Source: Leucoraja ocellata
Lineage: Eukaryota
Direction of reading: 5' to 3'
Assembly (NCBI GenBank): GCA_036785375.1
Contig: JAWMAR010000392.1
Span: 1,240,001 to 1,304,000, forward strand
Length of the DNA stretch: 64,000 bases
Shown: piece by piece, positions 39,025 to 49,828 of the stretch
How the letters are laid out: each line of letters opens with the position of its first letter
How positions within the stretch are numbered: the first letter of the stretch is position 1
Notes under the pieces: generated by a model
Seen by the model: only the letters and a program-made list of their open reading frames with translations
Database searches by the model: none
What the model was told of the DNA's origin: nothing
Position numbers and translations under genes: made by a program

Positions 39025-39204
39025 TTTAAGAGGGAACTGCAGATGCTGGAGAATCGAAGGTTACACAAAAAAGCTGGAGAAACTCAGCGGGTGCAGCAGC
39101 ATCTATGGAGCGAAGAAGGGTTTCGGCCCGAAACGTTGCCTATTTCCTTCGCTCCATAGATGCTGCTGCACCCGCTGAGTTTCTCCAGCTTTTTTTGTGT
39201 AACC
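39025..39204. mobile_element. Inverted pair of Penelope terminal units (fold-back) in B2M intron 1
   Basis: Arms 39059-39115 and 39147-39204 are reverse complements; 13-bp TSD ATCGTTTCGAGAG/ATCGTATCGAGAG at 39012-39024 and 39205-39217. Confidence 0.85.
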
Positions 39205-39295
39205 ATCGTATCGAGAGGGCAGACTGGCGGTAAATAGGCTTTAGCTAGAGAGATGGGACCTGGGGAGTATTGGGATGAGGATTCTGGAAAAGAAG

Positions 39296-39308
39296 CACTT
39301 TCACTTTC
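39296..39308 (-). promoter_or_regulatory. ISRE/IRF-binding element in B2M intron 1
   Basis: GAAAGTGAAAGTG, a tandem GAAA IRF1/2-type consensus, about 75 nt downstream of the exon 1 donor. Confidence 0.6.
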
Positions 39309-39383
39309 AGCGGGCGGGCACGGCGGGGCAAGGGCATTAGTTTACCCACTGTATTTCTGCAATCTTCGCCAAAATATACTTAC

Positions 39384-39444
39384 TCGCCGCGCAGAGCAGC
39401 CCCAGCGAGAGCAGGATCAGCGAGAGCAGGTTGAGAGAGCGCAT
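39384..39444 (-). CDS. B2M: Beta-2-microglobulin exon 1 (signal peptide MRSLNLLSLILLSLGLLCAA + 1 nt)
   Basis: Minus-strand ATG at 39444, 20 mostly hydrophobic codons, then A|GTAAGT phase-1 donor; joins exon 2 in frame (A+AT=Asn). Not in the supplied ORF track; read by hand. Confidence 0.93.
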
Positions 39445-39800
39445 CGTGTCGAGAGGACAGACCGGTCTGTTTGAGTAGGAGCTACAGATGCTGGAGTACC
39501 GATGGTAGACAACCTGCCACTATCTGCCTCCGCTTCGGAATGAAGTCAATGACCCGGCGACCAGGCACCAATAGCACGGTAGCGTCCCGCCCATCAGCCC
39601 CAGCAGAGGCAATCGCAAAAAGATCACCAGCGGCTTGTCACCAGTCTCCGGGTGAAAGAGCTCTGTAGAGTTTGCGATCCGGCAAGCGAGAGGGGGCGTG
39701 TGCTTGAAGCAAGATCTGTCTGGGCAATGGACTCTTGATACTTTGGATTTCCCCCACACTGTCAATGCCACCACAGGGCGGGGTAACTTACAGACTGGTT
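39445..39800 (-). promoter_or_regulatory. B2M proximal promoter with X1/X2-like box, Y-like boxes, GC box and kB-like site
   Basis: Minus strand: GGAGACTGGTGAC 39637-39649, GATTGC 39609-39614, GGGCGGG near 39590, ATTGG 39568-39572, GGGGAAATCC 39745-39754; CpG-rich. Confidence 0.7.
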
Positions 39801-40167
39801 ACTGATCAGTCTATCTACAAATCTACCTCGCCATTGTTATTGTATTCGAGTAGGTGCCTGTTTAAATCGAAGATAGACACAAAATGCTGGATTAACTCAG
39901 CATCTCATGATAGTCAAGTCAAGTCAAGTCAAGTCAAGTTTATTTGTCACATACACATACGAGATGTGCAGTGAAATGAAAGTGGCAATGCTCGCGGACG
40001 TTTGTGCAAAAGACAAACAACAAAACAACCAAACAAATTATAAACACAATCATAACACACATATTCTTTTAGAAGAAACGGATGGGATTTCCTTCCTCAG
40101 ACGAGACCCTTCCTCAGACGGAGTCAGGGGAGAGGGAGATACAGAGATAACCATATAACAATTACAG

Positions 40168-40262
40168 GTTACACAAAAAAGCTGGAGAAACTCAACGGGT
40201 GCAGCAGCATCTATGGAGCGAAGGAAATAGGCAACGTTTCGGGCCGAAACCCTTCTTCAGTT
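40168..40262 (-). mobile_element. Solo Penelope terminal unit with hammerhead-like core, inserted in a CR1 tail
   Basis: Same unit; 10-bp TSD ACAATTACAG at 40158-40167 and 40263-40272. Confidence 0.85.
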
Positions 40263-40531
40263 ACAATTACAGCACGGAAACAGGCCATCTCGGCCCTTCA
40301 AGTCCGTGCCGAACACTTATTTTCCCCCAGTCCCATCTACCTGCACTCAGACCATAACCCTCCATTCCTTTCCCGTCCATATACCTATCCAATTTAATTT
40401 TAAATGATAAAATCGAACCTGCCTCCTCCCTATCTCCCCATTCACCTCTCTCCTCCTCATTCTCCTCCCCTCTTTCTTCTTCTCCTCCTCTTGTAGAGAT
40501 ATATATGTGGCTAATAGCATGTAACCAATTC

Positions 40532-40998
40532 NNNNNNNNNNNNNNNNNNNNNNNNNNNNNNNNNNNNNNNNNNNNNNNNNNNNNNNNNNNNNNNNNNNNN
40601 NNNNNNNNNNNNNNNNNNNNNNNNNNNNNNNNNNNNNNNNNNNNNNNNNNNNNNNNNNNNNNNNNNNNNNNNNNNNNNNNNNNNNNNNNNNNNNNNNNNN
40701 NNNNNNNNNNNNNNNNNNNNNNNNNNNNNNNNNNNNNNNNNNNNNNNNNNNNNNNNNNNNNNNNNNNNNNNNNNNNNNNNNNNNNNNNNNNNNNNNNNNN
40801 NNNNNNNNNNNNNNNNNNNNNNNNNNNNNNNNNNNNNNNNNNNNNNNNNNNNNNNNNNNNNNNNNNNNNNNNNNNNNNNNNNNNNNNNNNNNNNNNNNNN
40901 NNNNNNNNNNNNNNNNNNNNNNNNNNNNNNNNNNNNNNNNNNNNNNNNNNNNNNNNNNNNNNNNNNNNNNNNNNNNNNNNNNNNNNNNNNNNNNNNNN
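40532..40998. other. Assembly gap (N)
   Basis: Run of N. Confidence 1.
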
Positions 40999-41235
40999 TC
41001 CTCGGAAGAAGATAAGGACGTGTAAGGCGTGAAAACGAGATAATGGGGATGAAGTTCAAGGAAACTGTGGAATAGATCATTGTTAGCTCGGAGAAGGCAA
41101 CAAAGATTTAAACAGAGATAAACATGTAAAAGAGGACAATCAGACTCGTCGGATAACTGGGAGAGAGGGGGGGGGGGGGGTGAAGAGAGAGGGGAGACAA
41201 GGATTACTTGAAGGAGTTGCAGGCCGAAATATGAC

Positions 41236-42633
41236 AAACATAGAAACATAGAAACATAGAAATTAGGTGCAGGAGTAGGCCATTCGGCCCTTCGAGCCTG
41301 CACCGCCATTCAATATGATCATGGCTGATCATCCAACTCAGTATCCCGCACCTGCCTTCTCTCCATACCCCCTGATCCCCTTAGCCACAAGGGCCACATC
41401 TAACTCCCTCTTAAATATAGCCAATGAACTGGCCTCAACTACCCTCTGTGGCAGAGAGTTCCAGAGATTCACCACTCTCTGTGTGAAAAAAGTTCTTCTC
41501 ATCTCGGTTTTAAAGGATTTCCCCTTTATCCTTAAGCTGTGACCCCTTGTCCTGGACTTCCCTAACATCGGGAACAATCTTCCTGCATCTAGCCTGTCCA
41601 ACCCCTTAAGAATTTTGTAAGTTTCTATAAGATCCCCTCTCAATCTTCTAAATTCCAGAGAGTATAAACCAAGTCTATCCAGTCTTTCTTCATAAGACAG
41701 TCCTGACATCCCAGGAATCAATCTGGTGAACCGTCTCTGCGCTCCCTCTATGGCAATAATGTCCTTCCTCAGATTTGGAGACCAAAACTGTACGCAATAC
41801 TCCAGGTGTGGTCTCACCAAGAGTCATAAGGCACAACGAACTGCAGGTGCTGGAATCTTGAGCAAAACAATGTACTGGAGGAACTCAGCATTTGTACAAG
41901 GAACTGCGAATGCTGGAATTTGTGGAGGGAAATTGAGGTCGGGACCCTTCCTCAGACTGCTAAAATACATGTTCCATATCGGGAGATATATGACAATAAA
42001 AAAACTCTGAAATATATTAAGTCGCTTGTCGATTCTCTCCACAGATGCTGCCCAACCACACTGAGTTTATCCAGCATTTTTGTGTTTTGCTTAAGACGCC
42101 AACATCAATTGCTGTAATTTTATAAAACAAAAAATAGAGAGAGTACAGAGGAGATTTACTAGAATGTTGCCTGGGTTTCAACAACTAAGTTACAGAGATA
42201 GGTTGAATAAGTTAGGTCTTTATTCTCTGGAGCGCAGAAGGTTAAGGGGGGACTTGATAGAGGTCTTTAAAATGATGAGAGGGATAGACAGAGTTGATGT
42301 GGACAAGCTTTTCCCTTTGAGAATAGGGAAGATTCAAACAAGAGGACATGACTTCAGAATTAAGGGACAGAGGTTTAGGGATAATATGAGGGGGAACTTC
42401 TTTACTCAGAGAGTGGTAGCGGTGTGAAATGAGCTTCCAGTGGAAGTGGTGGAGGCAGGTTCATTGGTATAATTTAAAAATAAATTGGATAGGCATATGG
42501 ATGAGAAAGGAATGGAGGGTTATGGTATGAGTGCAGGCAGGTGGGACTAAGGGGAAAGATGTTGTTCGACACGGACTTGTAGGGCCGAGATGGCCTGTTT
42601 CCGTGCTGTAATTGTTATATGGTTATATATGGT
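41236..42633. mobile_element. CR1 family A (about 41236-41822 -) and family B (about 42130-42633 +) fragments upstream of B2M
   Basis: RT C-terminal ORFs and tails; repeated at about 59926-61323. Confidence 0.9.
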
Positions 42634-45093
42634 ATCATGTGAATATTAAATAATTATTCCTAGTAGGTTGGTATCTTGGTCCTCCCAAAATATTCCAAAT
42701 GGAATTTAAACTGGAGGTGGTGGAGGGAAGACTTAAGCCTGAATTGGATTACTGGATTTCCGCTCAAATCCAGAATTAGTTTAGTTCAGAGATACAGCAT
42801 GGAAATAGGCCCTTCGGCCTATAGTGAATAGGCTCTTCGGCCTTCAGAAAATACCAGAGTGCAGTGTTAAAGCGTGGCAGTTGCAGACCGGCCAGCAATC
42901 ACCATTACACGATTCTATCCTACAATACCAGGGACAATGCGCAGAAGTCAATTAACCTAGAAAATGCTGCACGTCTTTGGAATGTAGGAAGAAAACTGAG
43001 CAGCCGGAAAAACAACTATCACCACCAACAAAGATACTGGAGCAAGCGTATGATTTTTGATTCTATGATCTTCTATGATCTTTGATCACCACGAAGTGAC
43101 GGAGAAGGTACAAACGCCGGACAGACAGCACCCGAGGTCAGGGTCGAACCCGGGTCTCTGGCACTGTGAGGCAGCAACTTTTTCACCCGCACCACTGTGC
43201 CGCCCCAATTGTAATTACGAAACTTAAAAACTCGGTTACACCTCCTTCCATTTGCAATTGCTCAAATCGTCCAGGGGAATGTTAAAAAAAGAAGAAGCTT
43301 ATTTGGACCACAGTCTTTTGCAATAATTCTTAGATACAAAGCTGGATGTTAGGATCAGACGAGAGGCGCACCTGCTGGCGTTGGGTGCGAAAGGAACAGC
43401 AGAGTCGGGAATCTTGATTGAAACACAAAGTGCTGGAGTAACTCAGCGGGTCAGGCAGTATCTATGTGGGGAAATGGATCGGCAAAATTAATATTGTTTG
43501 CACTATTATTGTTTGTTTGTTGTTGTTGGTTGTTTTTGTGTGTGTAGGCATGTGTGCGTGTGTGAGTCTATAGATATACATAAATGATCTATCTCTATAG
43601 ATATGTGTGTGTATTTGTATGTGTACTGAACTTTTCTCTCTCGTTATTATATTGTTTACATTGTGCTATATTTACATATTCTGTTGTGCTGCTGCAAGTA
43701 ACAATTCCATTATTCTATCTGGGGCAAATGGCAATAAAACACTATTCTTCAGACTCGTTATTATACTGGCGTGTGATGGTATTAGCTTGCTGTTGTCACG
43801 TGTAGGGAGACGCGGTGAAAAATGTTGCTGCTCTTCATGGAAATCATATTCTACACGAGTACAATCCAGCCGTGCAACAGTTAATGCAATGGGGAAAATA
43901 CGAGAGTGCAGCGTTAAAGCGTGGCAGTTGCAGAGAAAGCGCAGAAAGCAAGTTGGTGCTCTCGTGTATAATTGTTATTCGTTTCACTATTCAGAACTGT
44001 AAATGCTGACGGCTTCCCGGAATTACTGATTCAGTCACCAGGCCATGTGATCTTAAACCTACGCCCTGAATCCAGTATTTCCTCGTCAAGAATAGAATTG
44101 ACCTTTGCCGTTTCAACTGGCTCCTTTCCCAATGCTCAGGTGAACCCAGGGAATAGATCGGGTGAATGCACAGTCTTTTAACAAGGGGAGGGGAATCAAG
44201 AACCAGGTTTAAAGTGAGAGGGGAAAGATCTAAAAGGGACCTGAGGTCAACCTGTTCACACAGAGAGTGCGTGGGTTTTTGAGATGTGTTGTCAAAGCAG
44301 GTAGTTGAGGCAGGTACTATAACAACATTTACATAGAAACATAGAAACATAGAAATTAGGTGCAGGAGTAGGCCATTCGGCCCTTCGGCCATGCAATATG
44401 ATCATGGCTGATCATCCAACTCAGTATCCCGTACCTGCCTTCTCTCCATACCCCCTGATTCCCTTAGCCACAAGGGCCACATCTAACTCCCTCTTAAATA
44501 TAGCCAATGAACTGGCCTCAACTACCCTCTGTGGCAGAGAGTTCCAGAGATTCACCACTCTCTGTGTGAAAAAAAAAAAATTTAAAAGACATTTGGACAA
44601 GCATGGATAGGAAATTGTCTATAGGGATATGGACCAAATGTGGGCAGGTGGGACTAGCATAGATGGGACATCTCGGTCGGCATGGGCAAGTTGAACCAAA
44701 GGGTCTGCTTCCGTGCTGTACGACTATGACTCTAACTCTTGAGCCTCAAAACCAATGCTATGGAAGGCACAACTTCAAAAACAAAAACCAAAGGTTGGAG
44801 GGCCTCAGCGGGACAGGCAGCATCTGTGCAGAGAGACACAAGGAACTCCAGTTGCAGGAATCTTGAGTAGAGCACAAAGTGCTTGGGTAACAATGAGGGT
44901 CAGGCAGCATTTGTGAATGAATGGATTTCATGAATGGACAACATTTTTAATTGGGAGCCTTCATACTGATTGTAGTAGGGGGAAGAAAGGTGGACAAAAG
45001 GTGCAGATGGGGCAAGTGATAAGTGGATGCAGATGCGGGGGGTTTTGAGGAGATAGAAGTGTACCAGGTAAGGTAAGGAGAAAAGAGGAGTGA

Positions 45094-45929
45094 AATTCTT
45101 AAGGGGTTGGACAGGCTAGATGCAGGAAGATTGTTCCCAATGTTTGGGGGTCCAGAACAAGGGGTCACAGTTTAAGGATAAGGGGAAAATCTTTTCGAAC
45201 CGAGATGAGGAAATCATTTTTCACGCAGAGAGTAGTGAATCTGTGGAATTCTCTGCCACAGAAGGTAGTTGAGGCCACAGTTCATTGGCTATATTTAAGA
45301 GGGAGTTAAATGTGGACCTTGTGGCTAAAGGGATCAGGGGGTATGGAGAGAAGGCAGGTACAGGATACTGAGTTGGATGATCAGCCATTTTACTAGAATG
45401 TTGCCTGGGTTTCAGCAACTAAGTTACAGAGAAAGGATGAACAAGTTAGGGCTTTATTCTTTGGAGCGCAGAAGGTTAAGGGGGGACTTGATAGAGGTTT
45501 TTAAAATGATGAGAGGGATAGACAGAGTTGACAAGCTTTTCCCACTGAGAGTAGGGAAGATTCAAACAAGGGGACATGACATGAGAATTAAGGGACTGAA
45601 GTTTAGGGGTAACATGAGGGGGAACTTCTTTACTCAGAGAGTGGTAGCTGTGTGGAATGAGCTTCCAGTGAAGGTGGTGGAGGCAGGTTAGTTTTTATCA
45701 TTTAAAAATAAATTGGATAGTTATATGGATGGGAAGGGAATGGAGGGTTATGGTCTGAGCGCAGGTATATGGGACTAGGAGATTATGTGTTCGGCACGGA
45801 CTAGAAGGGTCGAGATGGTCTGTTTCCGTGCTGTAATTGTTATATGGTTATATATGGTTATCATAATGAATGGCTCAAAGGGCCAAATGGCCTACTCCTG
45901 CACCTATTTTCTATGTTTCTATGTTTCTA
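45094..45929 (+). mobile_element. CR1 A-type fragment with a nested CR1 family B copy (about 45388-45860)
   Basis: The A-type 3'UTR is interrupted after ...gatcagcca and resumes at tcataatgaatggc. Confidence 0.85.
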
Positions 45930-46187
45930 AATGTGAAACCAGAGGGATAAGGGTGGAAGGCGATCTTGTGGAAAGGGGTGGGATACAAATGCAGAGGCAC
46001 AGAAAAGAAAGGTGGGGGTGGGAGAGGGAGTAGTAATACCTAAAATTGGCAAATTTGATGTTCATACTGAAGAAGGGTTCCAACTTGAAACCTGACCTAT
46101 TCCTTTTGTCCAGAGATGCAGCCTGACCCCATGACTTACTTTAGCAATTTATGTCTCTCTTCAATGTTTATACTGTTGGGTTGTAAA

Positions 46188-47305
46188 GCACCAACATCAG
46201 CGTTTTGGAGGAAGCCGACATGACCAGCATCACCACCACAATAATGCAGCACCAACTTCGATGGACTGGCCATGTCATCCGCATGTCCATGTTAAAATTG
46301 TACAAGGCATTGGTGAGGCCAATTCTGGAGTATGGTGTACAGTTTTGGTCGCCTAATTATAGGAAGGATGTCAACAAAATAGAGAGAGTACAGAGGAGAT
46401 TTACTAGAATGTTGCCTGGGTTTCAGCAACTAAGTTACAGAGAAAGGTTGAACAAGTTAGGGCTTTATTCTTTGGAGCGCAGAAGGTTAAGGGGGGACTT
46501 GATAGAGGTTTTTAAAATGATGAGAGGGATAGACAGAGTTGACGTGGAAAAGCTTTTCCCACTGAGAGTAGGGAAGATTCAAACAAGGGGACATGACATG
46601 AGAATTAAGGGACTGAAGTTTAGGGGTAACATGAGGGGGAACTTCTTTACTCAGAGAGTGGTAGCTGTGTGGAATGAGCTTCCAGTGAAGGTGGTGGAGG
46701 CAGGTTCGTTTTTATCATTTAAAAATAAATTGGATAGTTATATGGGTGGGAAGGGAATGGAGGGTTATGGTCTGAGCGCAGGTATATGGGACTAGGGGAG
46801 ATTATGTGTTCGGCACGGACTAGAAGGGTCGAGGTGGCCTGTTTCTGTGCTGTAATTGTTATATGGTTATATGGTTATATGGTTATATGGTTAACCCACG
46901 TCTCCCTAAACAAACTCTGGACTGTCAACTGAAGGAAGGTCGGCGAGCTCCCGGCAGGCCAAAGAAACGCTGCAAGGACAACATCAAGAACAGTCTAAAG
47001 AAATTCCACATCGCATTGAGCAACTGGGAGCACATTGCACTGGACAGGCGCTCCTGGAGGAAATCCGTGCAGGAAGGAGCTGCACGTCACGAAACAGAAC
47101 TACGCCGTGTTGCAGAGAAGGAGAGAGGAGAAGGGGGCACGACGACTATCAACCACCGCCAGTCTCCACTGCCCACGTTGCACCACAGTGTGTGGATCGC
47201 GGATCGGCCTCCACAGACATCTGCATACTCACAAACAGACGACCCTATGGAGAGGAGAGTACAGTCATACTCGTTTCCAGTGACCGCCAATGATGATGAT
47301 GATTG
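46188..47305 (+). mobile_element. RTE-clade LINE 3' fragment split by a CR1 insertion (about 46289-46892)
   Basis: QLRWTGHVIRM | RLPKQ..GRRAPGRPKKR..W..IALDRRSWR, a C-terminal CPRC..CGSRIGLHRH motif, and a (GAT)n tail. Confidence 0.8.
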
Positions 47306-47413
47306 CCACATATGCAGCGTGCAAATGCACAGTGAAATTATTTTCTTACAAACAGTCCAGTAGACTATTGCCATACCTACGTACTTCCCCGATGAGCAAA
47401 GTGTACAGAAATA

Positions 47414-47945
47414 GTCCAAGTCAAGTCAAGTCAAGTCAAGTTTATTTGTCACATACGCATACGAGATGTGCAGTGAAATGAAAGTGGCAATGCTCGCGGA
47501 CTTTTGTGCAAAAGACAAACAACAAAACAACCAAACAAATTATAAACACAATCATAACACACATATTCTTTTACATAATAAATAATAGAAGGAAAAAACG
47601 TTCTGTAGAGTTAGTCCCTGGTGAGATGGGCGTTTACAGTCCGAATTGCCTCTGGGAAGAAACTCCTTCTCAACCTCTCCGTTCTCACTGCATGGCAACG
47701 GAGGCGTTTGCCTGACCGTAGCGGCTGGAACAGTCCGTTGCAGGGGTGGAAGAGGTCTCTCATGATTTTGTTTGCTCTGGAGTTGCACCTCCTGTCGTAT
47801 AGTTCCTGCAGTGGGGTGAGTGAAGTTCCCATAGTGCGTTCGGCCGAACGCACTACTCTCTGCAGAGCCTTCTTGACCTTGGCAGAGCAATTCCCAAACC
47901 AGATGGTAATGTTCCCGGACAAGATGCTTTCCACCGCCGCTGCGT
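47414..47945 (-). mobile_element. Rex1/Babar-like LINE 3' fragment
   Basis: Near-identical to 25585-26090, with the same tail. Confidence 0.85.
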
Positions 47946-48149
47946 GCTAGAGGCGCCATGATTTGGCACCATTTTCAAAGTCCAGTCCACGCTCTAGTTG
48001 TGATGAGTGGTGCATCTTCCAGGCAAGTCCCAGGCTACTGCAGGCCTCCACCCATCATCTTCCCTTGGACGTGCGAACCGACGTCCCTCTCCTCGTCCGT
48101 CCACCTTTGTGCCCCAGAGAAGCCTCCCACAGCTGATCTCGAGGGCGCT

Positions 48150-49474
48150 GTAGAAACATAGAAACATAGAAACATAGAAATTAGGTGCAGGAGTAGAGGC
48201 CATTCGGCCCTTCGAGCCTGCACCGCCATTCAATATGATCATGGCTGATCATCCAACTCAGTATCCCGTACCTGCCTTCTCTCCATACCCTCTGATCCCC
48301 TTGGCCACAAGGGCCACATCTAACTCCCTCTTAAATATAGCCAATGAACTGGCCTCAACTACCCTCTGTGGCAGAGAGTTCCAGAGATTCACCACTCTCT
48401 GTGTGGAAAAAGTTCTCCTCATCTCGGTTTTAAAGGATTTCCCCCTTATCCTTAAGCTGTGACCCCTTGTCCTGGACTTCCCCAACATCGGGAACAATCT
48501 TCCTGCATCTAGCCTGTCCAACCCCTTAAGAATTTTGTAAGTTTCTATAAGATCCCCTCTCAATCTCCTAAATTCTAGAGAGTATAAACCAAGTCTATCC
48601 AGTCTTTCTTCATAAGACAGTCCTGACATCCCAGGAATCAGTCTGGTGAACCTGTAGGCCAGACACCTCTCCTACCGGCCTCACTCCCCGCCCATTGCGT
48701 CCATCATTCATCCATCTTGTATCCAGTCTTCGGGTGAAGATTAGCTGATCCCCCCCCCCCCCCCCCCTTCCAGGCCTTCACTCAGGTGCTGGTTGGTGGG
48801 GCTCCAGAGTGGTATGGGGCACTGGGACTAGCATAGCCCGGGCATCGAGATCAGCATGGGTGGGTTGGGCCAAAGGGCCTGTTTTCGTGTTGTATGACTT
48901 GGTGAGACCACACCTGGAGTATTGCGTACAGTTTTGGTCCCCTAATCTGAGGAAAGACATACTTGCCCTAGAGGGAGTACAGAGAAGGTTCACCAGACTG
49001 ATACCTGGGATGGCAGGACTTTCATATGAAGAAAGACTGGATAGACTCAGCTTGTACTCGCTAGAATTTAGAAGATTGAGGAGGGATCCTATAGAAACTT
49101 ACAAAATTCTTACGTGGTTGGACAGGCTAGATGCAGGAAGATTATCCCCAATGTTGGGGGAGTCCAGAACAAGGGGTCACACAGTTTAAGGATAAGGGGG
49201 AAATCTTTTAGGACCGAAATGAGAAAAACATTTTTCACACAGAGAGTGGTGAATCTGTGGAATTCTCTGCCACAGAAGGTAGTTGACGCCAGTTCATTGG
49301 CTATATTTAAGAGGGAGTTAGAAGTGCCCCTTGTTACTAAAGGGATCAGGGGGTATGGAGAGAAGGAGGGACAGGATACTGAGTTGGATGATCAGCCATG
49401 ATCATATTGAATGGCGGTGCAGGCTCGAAGGGCCAAATGGCCTACTCCTGCACCTATTGTCTATGTTTCTATGT
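48150..49474. mobile_element. CR1 A-type fragments (about 48150-48652 -, 48899-49474 +)
   Basis: RT C-terminal ORFs and tails. Confidence 0.9.
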
Positions 49475-49828
49475 TACTGTTAATATGTGCATGCCAAACA
49501 TTTGCATGTTGTGGTGTTTATAACTAGATAGTTTGCTTACAATGCATTTTAGTTTAGTTTAGTTTAGTTTAGAGATACAGCGCAGAAACAGACCCTTCAG
49601 CCCATCGAGTCCACACCGACCCACGACATTAAAACGACTCTACCCACATTGGGGACAATTTGTTTTACGTTTATGTAAGGCAATCAACCTGTGTGTCTGT
49701 CTCTTTGGAGTGTGGGGGAAACCAAAGATATGGGAGAAAACACACGTAGGTGACGGGGAGAACGTACAGACTCCATACAGATAGCACCCGTAGAATAGTA
49801 GCTCTGCCGTAATGCCACCAGCCACCAA

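Noticed and set aside
39253-39474. Plus-strand ORF with QREQDQREQ repeats (also 57962-58165)
   Set aside because: It is the antisense reading of the Leu/Ser-rich B2M signal-peptide exon.
40347-41309. Long ORFs spanning N runs (also around 57342 and 59230)
   Set aside because: Artefacts of translating assembly gaps.
46205-46795. 196-aa RTE-CR1 fusion ORF
   Set aside because: Chance in-frame junction from a CR1 inserted into an RTE remnant.
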